Assembly (NCBI RefSeq): GCF_009914755.1
Contig: NC_060932.1
From: the human T2T-CHM13v2.0 reference genome, Homo sapiens
DNA length: 64,000 nt
Reading direction: 5' to 3' (one strand)
Both the position numbers and the translations under genes were made by a program. This document shows, one piece after another, positions 14,680 to 30,006 of the stretch. Numbering within the stretch: position 1 is the first letter of the stretch; the number at the start of each line of letters is the position of its first letter. The notes beneath the pieces were generated by a model, which worked only from the letters and a program-made list of their open reading frames with translations, was not told the origin of the DNA and ran no database searches.

Positions 14680-17600
14680 TAAAGGAGGCAAAGCAAGATG
14701 AACAAATAGAGCCCTCCAAGATAGTCCCCACAGGAACACCAAATTGAAAAACTATCCATGCAAAAAAGCACCTGTACAAGGTTAAAAAAATCAGGTGAGA
14801 CATCACAGTAACTGCTTTTAGTATAATAACAAGAAAAGACATATTGAAGAAGATAGGAAGTTTTTCATTGCCTACACTGCTGTTCCTCAACCACAGGCAG
14901 GGCAAGGGCAGCATGAAGAGAGAACTTGTGTGCAGGTGGAGGGGAGATGGACATGTGTGTGAGACTTAGCTCTGGAATTCAGTGCTGGCTCCATCACAGT
15001 GGAACATAGCACCTGGCAGAATATTGCAGCCTTTGATTCCAGGCCAGTTCCTGCAGAGAGTGCATTTAAGACCTGCTCCAGGCAGAGGAGAATCCATTCC
15101 CTTCTTGGGGGGAACTCAAGTCCCAGACTGCTTCACCATTGACTGACTAAAGTAGCCTCAGGGACCCAAACACATTTCAATGCCAGCCAGCCACATCAAA
15201 CAAATGGGGTACTTGGGAAAGCCCTGGTGCTGCACTGTTTTAAGAGGCTGTAAATTCAGGGTGTGACCCAGTGCAACACTACCTATTGCAGCCACAAGGG
15301 TGCCCAGGTTACTACTCCCTTGGCTCCAGAAAGTGCAGGAGAGAGGAGACACCCCTTCTGCTTGGGGGAAGGAGTGGAAAGGGTACAGGGGCCTTGCAAC
15401 CTAGTGCCAGCCCTGCTCTGGTAAAACACAGAACAAGGCAGAATCCTGAAGTATCAGATTCCAGACCATTACCCCCACATGGCACTTCCAGATCCACCCC
15501 AGATATACAGGTCGGAAATATGAAAAAGTTATAAATTGAGACAACACAAAATCAAAAAGTGGGAGGATAAAGTATAGAGTTATTTAGTTTTTGCTTTGTC
15601 TTCTTTCTTTTCCTTCCTTTATAATCAAAGCCAAGGTGTTATAAATTTAAAATGATTTGTTGTAACTATAAGATGGTTTTTTATAAGCCTCATTGTAACA
15701 GAAAGCAAAAACCTAGAATACATACATTAAAAATAAAAAGCAAGGAATGAAAACATACTACCCAAGAGACTCACTTAGCCACAAAGGAAGACAGTAATAG
15801 TGGAAGAGTGGAGTTACAAAACAACAAGAAAAAGAATAACAAAATGGCACTAGTAAAGCTTTACCTATCAATAACATTGAAGGTAAATAGAATACATTTC
15901 TAATTAAAAGACATCAAGTAACGGAATGGATTAAAAAAAACCCTAAAACACTCAGCTACATATTGCCTACAGGAAACTCATTGCACCTATAAAGAAACAC
16001 ATAGATTAAAAGTGAAGAGATGGAAAAAGATATTCCTTGCAAATGGAAAACAAAAGAGAGCAGGAATACTTATACAGGATAAAATAGATTTTAAATTAAA
16101 AACAGTAAAAAAAGACAAATAAGGTCATTATATAATGATAAATGGATAAAAAAGCAAAAGGATATAATAATTGTAAATATATTTGCAATCGACATTGGTG
16201 TACCCAAACATATAAAACAAATATTGAAAGATCAAAAGGGACAGACTGCAATACAATAATGTAGGATACTTCAACACCCCACTTTCATTGTCTGGATGAC
16301 AGATCATCCAGACAGAAATCAACAAGGAAACACTGGAATTAAACTACACTCTGTACAAATGGACCTAACTGACATTTACTGCACATTTCATCCAACTGTT
16401 GCAGAATTCACATTCTTATCATCAGCACACGGAACATTCTTCACTTTAGAACATGTTAGGACACAAAACAAATCTCAATAAATTGAAAAAAGTAAAATCC
16501 TATCAAATATCTTTTCTAACCACAATGGAATAAAACTAGAAATCAATAACAGGAAGAACTTTGGAAACTGCAAAAATACATATTAATTAAACAAATCACT
16601 CCGGAATGACCAATGAGTCAATGAGCAAATTTTTTTAATGTTGTAAAAATTTCTTAAAGCAAAAACAGAAACATAACATACCTTTAAGGCATAGCAAACA
16701 CAGCCTTAAGAGGGAAGCTTATAACAATAAATATTTACATAAAAAGTGGAAAGACTTTAAATAAAAAACAAAACTAGGTACCTCAAAGAACTAGAAAAGC
16801 AGAAATAAACCAAAGAATAGAAAGAAATAATTAACATCAGAGAAGAAATAAATGAAACTGAAAATAAATAACAATACAAAGGGATCAATAAGTCTGAAAA
16901 GACCAATAACAGGGAACAAGATTAAAATAGTAATTAAAAAGTCCTTTCCCCAAAAGTCTTCCATCAAAAACAAAGCCCAGGACCTGATCATTTCACTGCT
17001 GAATTCTACTAAACATCTAAAGAACTAATACCAATTTTACAACTCTTTCACAAAGCTGAAGAAAAAGGAATACTTTCAGACACATTCTACAAGGCCAGCA
17101 TTACCCTGATACCAAAGCCAGACAATGACACATTGAAAAAACAAAACTACATGCCAATATTCCTGATGGACATATATACAAAAATGCTTAACAAAATACT
17201 AACAAACCAAATTCAACAACATGTTCTAAAAAATTACTCTTCATTGATCAAGTGGGGTTCATCCCAGAGATGCAAGAATGGTTCAACATGCACAAATCAA
17301 TAAACACAATACATCACATTAACAAAATGAAGGACAAAAAGCCTATGATAATTTCAGTAAGTGCCAAGGAAGCATTCGATAAAATATGACGTCCTTTCTC
17401 AATAAAAAACTTTAACAAACTGTATATAGAAGGAACATATCCCAAAACAACGAAGGCCATATATGACAAACCAACAACTAACATCATGCTGAACAAAAAA
17501 AAAACTTGACAACATTTCCTCTAAGATCTGGAATGGGACAAGAATGACTACTTGCATCATTTTTATTCAACATAGTACTAGAAATCCTAGCCAGGGCAAT

Positions 17601-18780
17601 CAGATAAGAGAAAGAAATAAAAGGCATACAAATGGAAAAAAATAAGTTAAATTGTTCTTGTTTGAAGATGACATGTTCTTATATTTAGAAAAACCTAAAG
17701 ACTCCACCAAAAAACTATTTGAAGTAATAAATTCAGTAAGTTTGCAGGATACAAAATCAACATAGAAAAATCAGTAGCATTTCTATATGCCAATAGGGAA
17801 CAATTTGACAAAGAAATCAAGAGAGCAAAATTTAAAAAAAATCCATTCACAAGAGATTTAAAAAATACCTAGAAATAAATTTTACCAAAAAAGTGACAGA
17901 ACTCTAAAATTAGAAAACATTGATGAAGAAAATTGAAAATGATACCTCAAAATGAAAAGATATACCATGTTCATCAATTGGAAGAATTGATACTGATGTT
18001 GTTAAAATCAGTCCATACTACCCAAAATGATAAACAGATTCAACGCAATTTTTATCAAAATATCAATATTCTTCACAGAAACAGAAAAAAATTCTAAAAC
18101 TCATATGGAACAACAAAAGATTCTGAATAGCCAAAGAAATGCTTAGAAAAAAGAACAAAGCTGTAGGCATCACACTGCTGGACTTCAAAGTATATTACAA
18201 AGCTGTAGTAACCAGAACAACATGTTACTGGCATCAAAACAGACACACAGACCAATGGAACAGAATAAACCCAAAAATGAAATCACACATTTATAGCCAA
18301 CTCATTTTTGACCAAGGTGCAAACAATGTACAATGGGGAAAGGACAGTTTCTTCAATCATTGGTGCTGGGAAAACAATACTCATAAGTAGGAAAATGAAA
18401 TCAAACCTGTATCTCTCATCATATACAAAAATTAAATAAAAATTTGATTAAAGGCTTAAATCTAAGACCAGAAACTATGAAACTACTAGAAGAAACCTTT
18501 GAGGAAACACTTCAGAACATCGGTCTGGGCAAAGATTTTTTTAGTAAGGCCTTAAAAGCATAGACAACAGAAACAAAAATAGATAAATGGGGCTTAAACT
18601 AAAAAGTTTCTTCACAGCAAAGAAAACAATCAACACAGTGAAGAGAAAACACAGTGGATGAGAGAAAATATTTTAAAACTATCCATCTAACAAGGGATTA
18701 ATAACCAGAATATATAAAGAACTCAAAGAAATCAATAGCAAAATAATAGTAATAATCTAATTTTAAAATTGTAAAAAGAC
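14680..18780 (+). mobile_element. L1 (5'UTR piece fused to ORF2 region)
   Basis: 5'UTR-like 14680-15500, then ORF2 remnants (FHPTVAEFTFLSS; [37 protein letters not shown] at 18139-18390). Confidence 0.85.
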
Positions 18781-21575
<2,795 letters not shown>

Positions 21576-21576
21576 T

Positions 21577-21700
21577 TTTAGTAGAGGCAGGGTCTCACTA
21601 TGCTGCCCAGGCTGGTCTTGAGCTGCTAAGCTCAAGTAATCCTGCCACCTTGGTCTTCTAACCTGCTGGGATTATAGGCATGAGTGTCCATGCCCAGCTG
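21577..21700 (-). mobile_element. Alu left-monomer fragment
   Basis: tttagtagaggcagggtctcactatgctgcccaggctggtcttga...gctgggattataggcatgag. Confidence 0.85.
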
Positions 21701-22260
21701 AAATCAGTATACTGAAAAGGTATCTGTACCACCGTGTTCATTGCATCACTAGTCACAATAGCCAAGAGATGGAATCAACCTAAGTGTCCATCCACAGATT
21801 AATGGATAAAGAAAATATGATATACATATATATATACACACACAAACACACAAATTGAATGTTTCTCAGCCATAAGGAAGAATTAAACCCTGTCATTTGC
21901 AGCAATGTGAATGGCATTGAATGACATTAAGTGAAATAGGCCAGGCACAGAAAGACAAATATTGCATATTCTCACTCATATGTGGAAACTAAAAGATTAA
22001 TCTCATAAAGGTAGTGAATAGAATGGTGGCCACCAGAGGTTGGAAAGGGTAGGAAGGATGGGGGGATGAAGAGAGGTCAGCTAATGGGTACAAAAGTGTA
22101 GCTAAACTAGAAGGAATAAGTTCTAGTGTTCAATAGCGTAATAGAGTGACTACTGTTAACAAGAATTTATAGTATATTTCAAAATAGCTAGAAAGGAGAC
22201 TTTGAATGCTCCCAACACAAAGAAATGATAAATGTTTGAGGTAATGAATATCCCAATTAT
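21701..22260 (+). mobile_element. L1MA-type 3' end
   Basis: caacctaagtgtccatcc...aataagttctagtgttcaatagc...aaatgataaatgtttgaggt. Confidence 0.85.
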
Positions 22261-22461
22261 TCTTATCTTTTGAAGAGTAATTTTGCTGGATACACAATTG
22301 TAGATTGGTGTGCTTATTTTTTCAACATTTTAAATATTTCACTCCACCCTCTTCTTGTTTCCATGCATTATGATAAGAAATCCAGTGTAATTTCTATCAT
22401 TTTTCCTGTGCATGTAAAATGGTTTCCACCCCCCTCAACTTCTTTTAAGATTTTCTCTTTG

Positions 22462-22600
22462 CTCAGGCATAATTGCTCATGCCTATAATCCTAGAATTTT
22501 GAGAGGGTGAGGTGGGAGAATTTCTTGAGGCCAGGAGTTTGAGACCAGTCTGGTCAACATAATGAGCCCCCATCTCTACAAAAAATAAAAATAAAAAACA
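22462..22600 (+). mobile_element. Alu monomer (FLAM-like)
   Basis: gctcatgcctataatcctag...ttgaggccaggagtttgagaccagtctgg...ctctacaaaaaata. Confidence 0.8.
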
Positions 22601-22812
22601 ACAAAATAGGATTTTCTCTTTGTCACTGAATTTCCAAAGTTTTAATATAATATTCCTCTATTTAGATTATTAGATACTTATCCTGTTTGCTGATTTCTGA
22701 GATTGCTGGATCTGAGGTTTGGTGTTTTAATTTTTGAAAATAAATTGCCCATTATTATTTCAAATATTTAGTCTGATCCATTCTCTCTTTCTTCTCCTCC
22801 TGGCATTCCCAT

Positions 22813-22814
<2 letters not shown>

Positions 22815-22869
<55 letters not shown>

Positions 22870-23372
22870 GTGAAACAGCCAAGGGCAAAGTGGCTCCCAG
22901 AAAAACTCCAATCAGCCTGTACACTGGGGTGGCGCCTCAAAAAGTGGAGCTTTTTGCAGTGGGGAGGAGTCCGGCCCCTCCTCTTTCTATCTGGGATTTA
23001 AACTGTGAGGCAGGAAGCACTCTAGCAGGGACTCTGGCCTTGTGGAGAGTCCTGTTTCCCCCTTTTCTTCCCTTTCTACCAATAAAACCCTGCTTTACTC
23101 ACCCTTCAAACCATCTACGATCCTAAATTTTCATGGCCGTGGAACAAGGACCCTGTCTTTAGTGAACTAAGGAAAAGTCCTGCAACATATGTGTGTGTGT
23201 GTGTCTGTATGTATATATATACATACACATACATACACTCATATGTGTATGTGTCTGTATGTATATATATACACACACATACATACACACATATATGTGT
23301 ATATATACACGCACACACATATACATACACACACACATATACATATATACACACACATATATATGTATACAT
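22815..23372. repeat. (CA)n and compound (TA/CA/TG)n microsatellites flanking an LTR
   Basis: (CA)n at ~22815-22862 and mixed dinucleotide tract at 23188-23372. Confidence 0.9.
22871..23187 (+). mobile_element. Short solo LTR (probably ERV1 class; family not assigned)
   Basis: TG...CA termini (tgaaacagcc...cctgcaaca), internal aataaa, 4-bp TSD tatg (22867-22870 / 23188-23191). Confidence 0.8.
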
Positions 23373-26300
23373 ATTCACCTCTTAAAATCACTCCACAGTT
23401 CATGCATACTCTGGTTTTTTTCTCTCTCTTTGAATTTCAGTTTGAGAACTTTCTATTGACATATCTTCAATGTCACTGAATCTTTCCTTGTCCATGTATA
23501 ATATGATGGTGAGCCCATCTAAAGCATTCTTTCTTTCTGCTACAGTGTTTTTTATTTCTAACACTGACTTTTGATTTCTTCTTTAAGTTTTAACCTAGAT
23601 GCTTATATTATTCATCTATTTTGCATGTTGTCCACTTTTCCACTAGAGACCTGAGCATATTAATCGTTGTTATTTTAAATTCCTCGTAGGATAATCCTCA
23701 AATCTCTGCCATATCTGAATTAGATTATGATACTTAGTTTCAACTTGTCTTTTCTTATATTTTAGCATTTCACGTCATTTTATGTTAGAAGTTGGATATT
23801 ACATCTTGGGTTACAGGTACTGACATAGATTGGCCTTTAGTGTGACGGTTATGTTTATCTGGCTAGGAATTATACTGTGCTTACTGTTTATTGTACCCAC
23901 AGGTGACTGAGGCTTCAATTTCCCTTAGCGTCTTTGTGTCACCCCTTGTGTTTTCAGGTTTCTCTAGGAAATCATTCTTAAATAAATTCTGAAACTTTCA
24001 ATTTTTCAATTGTAATTCTCCATTATTTACAGTAGTCCTGTTGATGTGGTTGTAAGGTATGGGGAAAACAGCATTCTATAGTCTTATGATTGGGTTGCTA
24101 TCTTCCACTGAGCCTGTGTCCTGGGCTGTGACCTTTGAAAGGGCTTCTCAGCTTCTCCCCACTTAAGTGAAGCAGGAAAGCTAGAGGAGGATGAGTTGAA
24201 TGGATTGAATGTTTTTCTTACCTCACATTAGTTAGGCTCTTGTAATTCCCCTTGAAGGAGAGGGTAAGGGCAGGCTGCTCTGGGCTTACATTACAGTGGT
24301 TATTTTTATCCTCCCTCTGCCAGAAGCATGAAGAGATTATACTCCAATTTTCACAGTGAGAACTTGGCAGGGCTCCTGGAGGTAAAACACAAAAGTGTAA
24401 AGACCCCCCTGAGACTGAACCCCTAAGACTTTTAAACTCTCAAGCTTGTCTACACTGAGCCTCAGGTTTTCATGAATTAAGTTACATGTTCCCAAAAATA
24501 CTGGCTTCAACTGTGGTTTTCTAATCCTGAGCTTTATTCCCTAAGATTGAGGACAAACTGTCACTCTCTGTATATTTACCTGTCTGTCTCTCCTCTTTTC
24601 AGGGCAGTAGTTTTCCTGTGACCTCCATTCTATGATGGATTTCAGAAGATTGTTTATTTCAGTTTATTCAGTTTTCCCCTGGATAACAAGATGGAAGGGA
24701 TAACCCCAAACTTTACTTGTTGGAGTAGAAACCAGAAGTCCTGGTAAACAGATTTTAAAACAAATGTATTAAACAAAAAAAACTTCACTTTGGAGCCAGT
24801 GCTCTCATCAAACCCTTCTTCAGGGACATTCAGGAAAGGGAGAGGTTTTACTCCTTTCTTTATTGTGCCTTTGCACAAATAAAGGAGGTTTTTTGTTTTG
24901 TTTTTGTTTTTTAGTTGCATATACCTTTATTATCCATTTATGTTCAGAAATAAAAAACAAAACCAGGAAATTCAATAACGTATAGTTAAGAGCAAAAAAA
25001 ATCATGAAATTTTGGGAGTATGTCATCAGTGCCACTCTCTGCTCTTTGTGGACCAAGAATTAATTACTAAACAGAATTTTGACATAAAAGTGAGTTGGCA
25101 CATGTTAGAATCTTTAAACAAGACATAACTAGCTCTAACACTTTAAGTGGTTTAAAAACACAAATAGCATGCTTTCAACTTGCGTATGTCACAGTGAAGA
25201 GGGAGCTTTTCTTTTCGGTATCACTATTATTACCCCAGCTTATTGCTGTATCTCTTACTTATATGGTAAGGGAGTGCTCAGTGACAGTTCAAGTATTCCC
25301 CAGTTTTGCTTTCCTTCCGCATGTAAAACCTTGATGTGGTCAGACTATGGCTTGAAAGTTGTGATGACCACCCTGCTGGAGGCTGCAGGGTATTCTCAAG
25401 CCCACTGACACCCCAACCCTACAACCTCAAGTGTTCTGGCCCTTGGACACCAGAATTCTTCACCCTGGTCTCACGCTGTTTTAGCTGTAAGTCTCCGAAT
25501 CTCATGGTTTTCCATAACAGTGCTTACTAGACATCCACAAGGATCTCTGTTACTTTGGCAATAATGATAGAGTCTGTCTCAGAATTATACATGTGCTAAT
25601 CTGGATTGTAACATGTTAATTCCAGACGTCAAGTTTCCAACAATCAAGGAGAAAAATGACTGTAATCCATTGACAATTCCTCTCCCATACTGTGTCAAAA
25701 ATGGTCCAGAACACAATCCTACATGCTGGAATTATTTCCTCCGCCCCTGTCCCATCCCCACCTTGGGCAAAGATTTTCTAGCAAGATCTGAACTTTAATC
25801 CATTTCTCTTCACCTATGTATCCTGAGTAATTTGGCAGAAGGAGTTCTTTCTTAAAACTTTGCCATATAATTCACAAATGGAAATGTGAAGGGTCAATAG
25901 ATATGCGAAGAACTTATTCACCCATATTCACTGGGAATCAGAGAAGTGAAAATGAAAAGAACACTGAGCTATCATCTTAGATACATAAAACTGTCAAACA
26001 TTTGAAGGTGGCTAACACCAAGTGTCAATCAGGATATGAGGAAAGTAGGAATTCTTCTACACAAGAGGACAGAAATCTGGCAGTGCCAAAAGAAAAAGTA
26101 CATCTATGATCTGCCCCTCCGCAGATCCCATTCCTAATACATATATCCCAGCGAGTTCTGCTAATCTGCAGAGGATGTCTAGAAACGCATTCATCACATC
26201 AGTGTTTATAATAACCAGGAGTAGGAGGCAATCAAATGTCCTTCACAAGTGGAACTGGTAAGTTAAAGAGACTTAGGTTGGGTTTCTCTAAAAGCAGGCC

Positions 26301-27744
26301 CAAGACAAGGATTTGTGTTCCAGGGGCTTATTTTGATTTAGAAGATGATGTAAGGAATCACCAGTGCGGGAGTGGAACAGTGAACCCAGGGCAGCTTGAG
26401 AATCAATAAAAAGGTGCATTGTTGGCAGGTTGCCTGTGAAGAAAGGGAGCATAATCCTACTAGACAGCACCAGGAGGCAGTTTTGTACATGCCTAAGAGT
26501 AATCCCACCTTAGCCTGTAGAAAACAAGGATATTTAGTCTCCAATTCCCATCATCTGGGCTGAGGGGTGGTCCCCAGTGGATTTAATTTGCAGATCCATC
26601 TACCTGCTCAAGCACAGGCCAAAAGAAAAAGAAAAGCCTTCCCACAGAGAGTGCCAAGTTCATACAGGACACCAGAGGCATGTGTTGGAACAGTAGGTGC
26701 TGAAGGCACAGCACGAGGTAATAATTATGCCATGAAAACTGCCAAATTCACTCATATGTGGAATCAGAAGAAAACATACCATAGAAGTTAAGAGTAGAAT
26801 AGTGGTTACCACAGACTAGGGAGAAAAGGGGGTGAGGGAGATGGAGAGAGGCTGATCAACAAGCACAATGTTACAGTCACAGAGGAAGAATAAGTTCTAG
26901 TACTCTGCTGCCCAATAGGGTGACTATAGCTAAAAATAATGTGTTGCGCATTGCAAATAGCTGGAAGGAAGGATTTTGAATGTTTTTGCAACAAATGATA
27001 AATGTTTATGGTGACAAACACGCTAATTACCATGATTTCATCATGACACAATGTATACATGTATCAGAACATCACATCGCACCCCATCAATATGTCCAAT
27101 TATTACGTGTCCATTAAAAAACATACATATTATAAATATTATGTTATTAATACATATTTATATTAGAGGGAAATGCATACAAAACAGCAAGAGTTATGGA
27201 TCAATGCCATTAATGTAAATAAAAAACACAAGCCGAAATGAAAATCATAAAACATGTCATACTCATATCATACATGCAGTTATTTCAGATACATTACATG
27301 CTACCTTTGAGTAGAGAGGTGAGTGGAAGTAAGGAATAGAGATAAAAGGAAGAAAAAAAAACATAGAGGCCTTAAAGAAATTGATTAATAAACTGTGCCA
27401 TAAACCTGAAATGTGACTAAACCTTCCATCTTCCTCTTCTGCCTCCTCTAGGTTATTGGTTCTGCTTTTCCTGGACTTTTCCCAAGCTCTCACCTTCCAC
27501 GTAACACATGGGAAGTCTCGCATTAGGCTCCCAGATAGCAGAAACCAGGTGAAATAAAAGGGCACAGCCCTCCCAGCATGTATCATGGAGATCATCGCAT
27601 AATATAACTCTCCGCACTTTTTAATGAAAGGATTTGAATAAGAGATCCAAAGCAGCAACCTGGAGCCCTGCAACTATACACTTCCCAGGGATTCCTGGGA
27701 TGATTCTAATGAGAATCTGGAGTTGGGACCAGTTGCAAATCTAA

Positions 27745-27890
27745 AGAGATCACTTCACTTTCAGACTTCAGAAGTGGCAGCACTTCCTCTGCAGACTTTG
27801 GAAGGGAGAGCATTTCTTCCGCAGGCCTAGGAAGTGAAAGGATTGCATTCATCCTGGTTCCACATTGCTGACTGAAGTCAGCGGAGCTTG
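27745..27890 (+). pseudogene. NATP: Relic non-coding first exon of NATP
   Basis: gcagactttggaagggagagca...ggattgcattca.cct.gttcc aligns to NAT2 exon 1 at 58772-58872; donor ttg|gtaagt at 27891. Confidence 0.8.
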
Positions 27891-29539
27891 GTAAGTAATT
27901 TGCAGTGTACTTTCAACTCGAGGTGTAAACCAAAAATAAAATCCTAGGCCCCCCAACAGACTGAATGGATTCCCTCCTGGCCAAGAAGACCCCAGATAAA
28001 CCTGAAAAGCTAAATTCCAGGACATAATGAGAAGGAAAGTTAGACAGGCCTCATTATACCCCCTCCCTTTTGGAATTTAGGCACAACTGTTCAATCATTA
28101 ACATTGAAACAGAGATCATAAGACGGGCAAAAAGGATTCTGCGGCAATAAGATACCAAATTCCAACATCACTCTCGTATAGCATCACATGACAGGTAGCA
28201 GACCCTGAAAAAATCAACATATTTTACACCAAAATACATTTCTTTGACATATTTTGAAATGGCCTTCAAAGCTACCTTAAGTGGAAAAATTTGTATCTGT
28301 AGACAATCTCCTTCCCTTTCCAGGCCTTTTCCAAATCTGGGAGAGATTAAATGAGAGCCTGACACCTTTAAGGTCTGAAAAGAGACATTTACCATCTATT
28401 TTTTCTATTCTAAGGCTGCTACCTGGAGGTTTCATTTACATAACAAGAACCGTGGCTTCCGCAACCCCCCTTATCTTAACACAAGCATTTCTTCCTTCTG
28501 ACTTAAAGTCTTTAGACAAGGCTTAACTTTCCAACCGATTTCCAGTATGAAAATCTTTTAATCCACCTGTGATTTGTAAGCTCCCCCACTTTGACATGTC
28601 CTACCATTTTTGGGCCAAACAATGTATAGCTTGTATGGGGGCCACACTTTAGGAGGCTCTTGGCCTCTTAAAGTTTCACTAAAAATCACTGACATGATTA
28701 ATAGGAGAAAAGGCATACAGATTTGTTAACTTGTATACACAAGAAACTTCAGGATGAAGACCAACTTCCCAACGATTTATAGAAACTCATATACTGTCTG
28801 AGGCCACAGTAAAGAGTGCAGACTCAGTGCATGGTCAGAAACAGGTAAATTAGGTTTAGTTGCAACACGGGTTAAAAGAGAGAGAAAGAAGAAGCTAGGC
28901 TAGCAAAGGTGGCCTCTTTATGTAAATGAAACATCCCTTACCATGAATCGATAGCAAATGTTTCTTTTCACGTCTTTAATGATGTCAGATTCTCAATCTC
29001 TCCTGGATCTAAGGGAGGGCATATGTAGGGGAGGGGGGCATGGGTGCATGAATGGAGATTCTCCACTAATGCAAATTTTCCCCACTTAAGACAGCTTTGC
29101 AAGGCCACTTCTGCCTACTGGCCAAGCGGCAGCCATTTTGAAATATGTCAAAGAAATATATTTAGTGGTAAAATATTTTTATTTTCTTCAGTCACCACTT
29201 TGAAACCTCAAACAAGTCTCACATACAAAAAGCCAAGCTGATAGCTTTGGAGAGATTTGGGTTAGAGGCATTGAAAAACAGATAAAGGAATGGAAAAACA
29301 AACTGGGAATAATATTAAAAAAGCAAATTTAAATAGATCCTCTCATATCTGTTTTCAGCAAGCCTTTTAGTACTGAGAAGAGGTCAGTTCAGTTAAACAG
29401 TCATGTCATATTCCAGGAGGTGGCACTGCAGATGCGCTAGGCCTCTTTATATGATGTAGGCAATTAGCTTTCTAATAAGCGGCATTTCTATAGAAAGAGA
29501 ACAGAAACAAAGGTTACTGTCTGGAGTAATCCGTCTATA

Positions 29540-30006
29540 TGTCAGGCCTCTGAGCCCAAGCTAAGCCATCATATCCTCCATGACCTGCACGTATACATCC
29601 AGATGGCCTGACGCAACTGAAGATCCACAAAAGAAGTGAAAATAGCCTTAACTGATGACATTCCACCATTGTGATTTGTTTCTGCCCAACCCTAACTGAT
29701 CAATGTACTTTGTAATCTTCCCCACCCTTAAGAAGGTTCTTTGTAATCTCCCCCACCCTTAAGAAGCGGTTCTTTGTAATTCTCCCCACCCTTGAGAATG
29801 TACTTTGTGAGATCCACCCCGCTGCCTGCAAAACGTTGCTCCTAACTCTACTGCCTATCCCAAAACCTGTAAGAATGAATGATAATCCCACCACCCTTTG
29901 CTGACTCTCTTTTCGGACTCAGCCCACCTGCACCCAGGTGGAATAAACAGCCTTGTTGCTCACACAAAGCCTGTTTGGTGGGCTCTTCACATGGACGCGG
30001 GAGACA
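29540..30006 (+). mobile_element. HERV-H solo LTR (LTR7)
   Basis: tgtcaggcctctgagcccaagctaagccatcatatcc...; tandem ttctttgtaatctcccccacccttaagaag U3 repeats; 5-bp TSD ctata (29535-29539 / 30007-30011). Confidence 0.93.

Larger units (their letters stand above)
22262..24760 (-). mobile_element. Old L1 (ORF1/5' region, reverse) with nested insertions
   Basis: tttgaagagtaattttgctggatacacaattgtagattgg and other T-rich reverse-L1 motifs; its distal part is shared with 55300-55990. Confidence 0.65.

Noticed and set aside
23115-23479. Cluster of C/V/Y/H/T-rich ORFs
   Set aside because: Translation of dinucleotide microsatellite.
27751-27840. CRISPR-like array
   Set aside because: Diverged head-to-tail 30-bp units without unique spacers, in a mammalian genome with no cas genes.
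29700-29810. Novel ~30-bp tandem repeat
   Set aside because: Standard U3 repeats of HERV-H LTR7.
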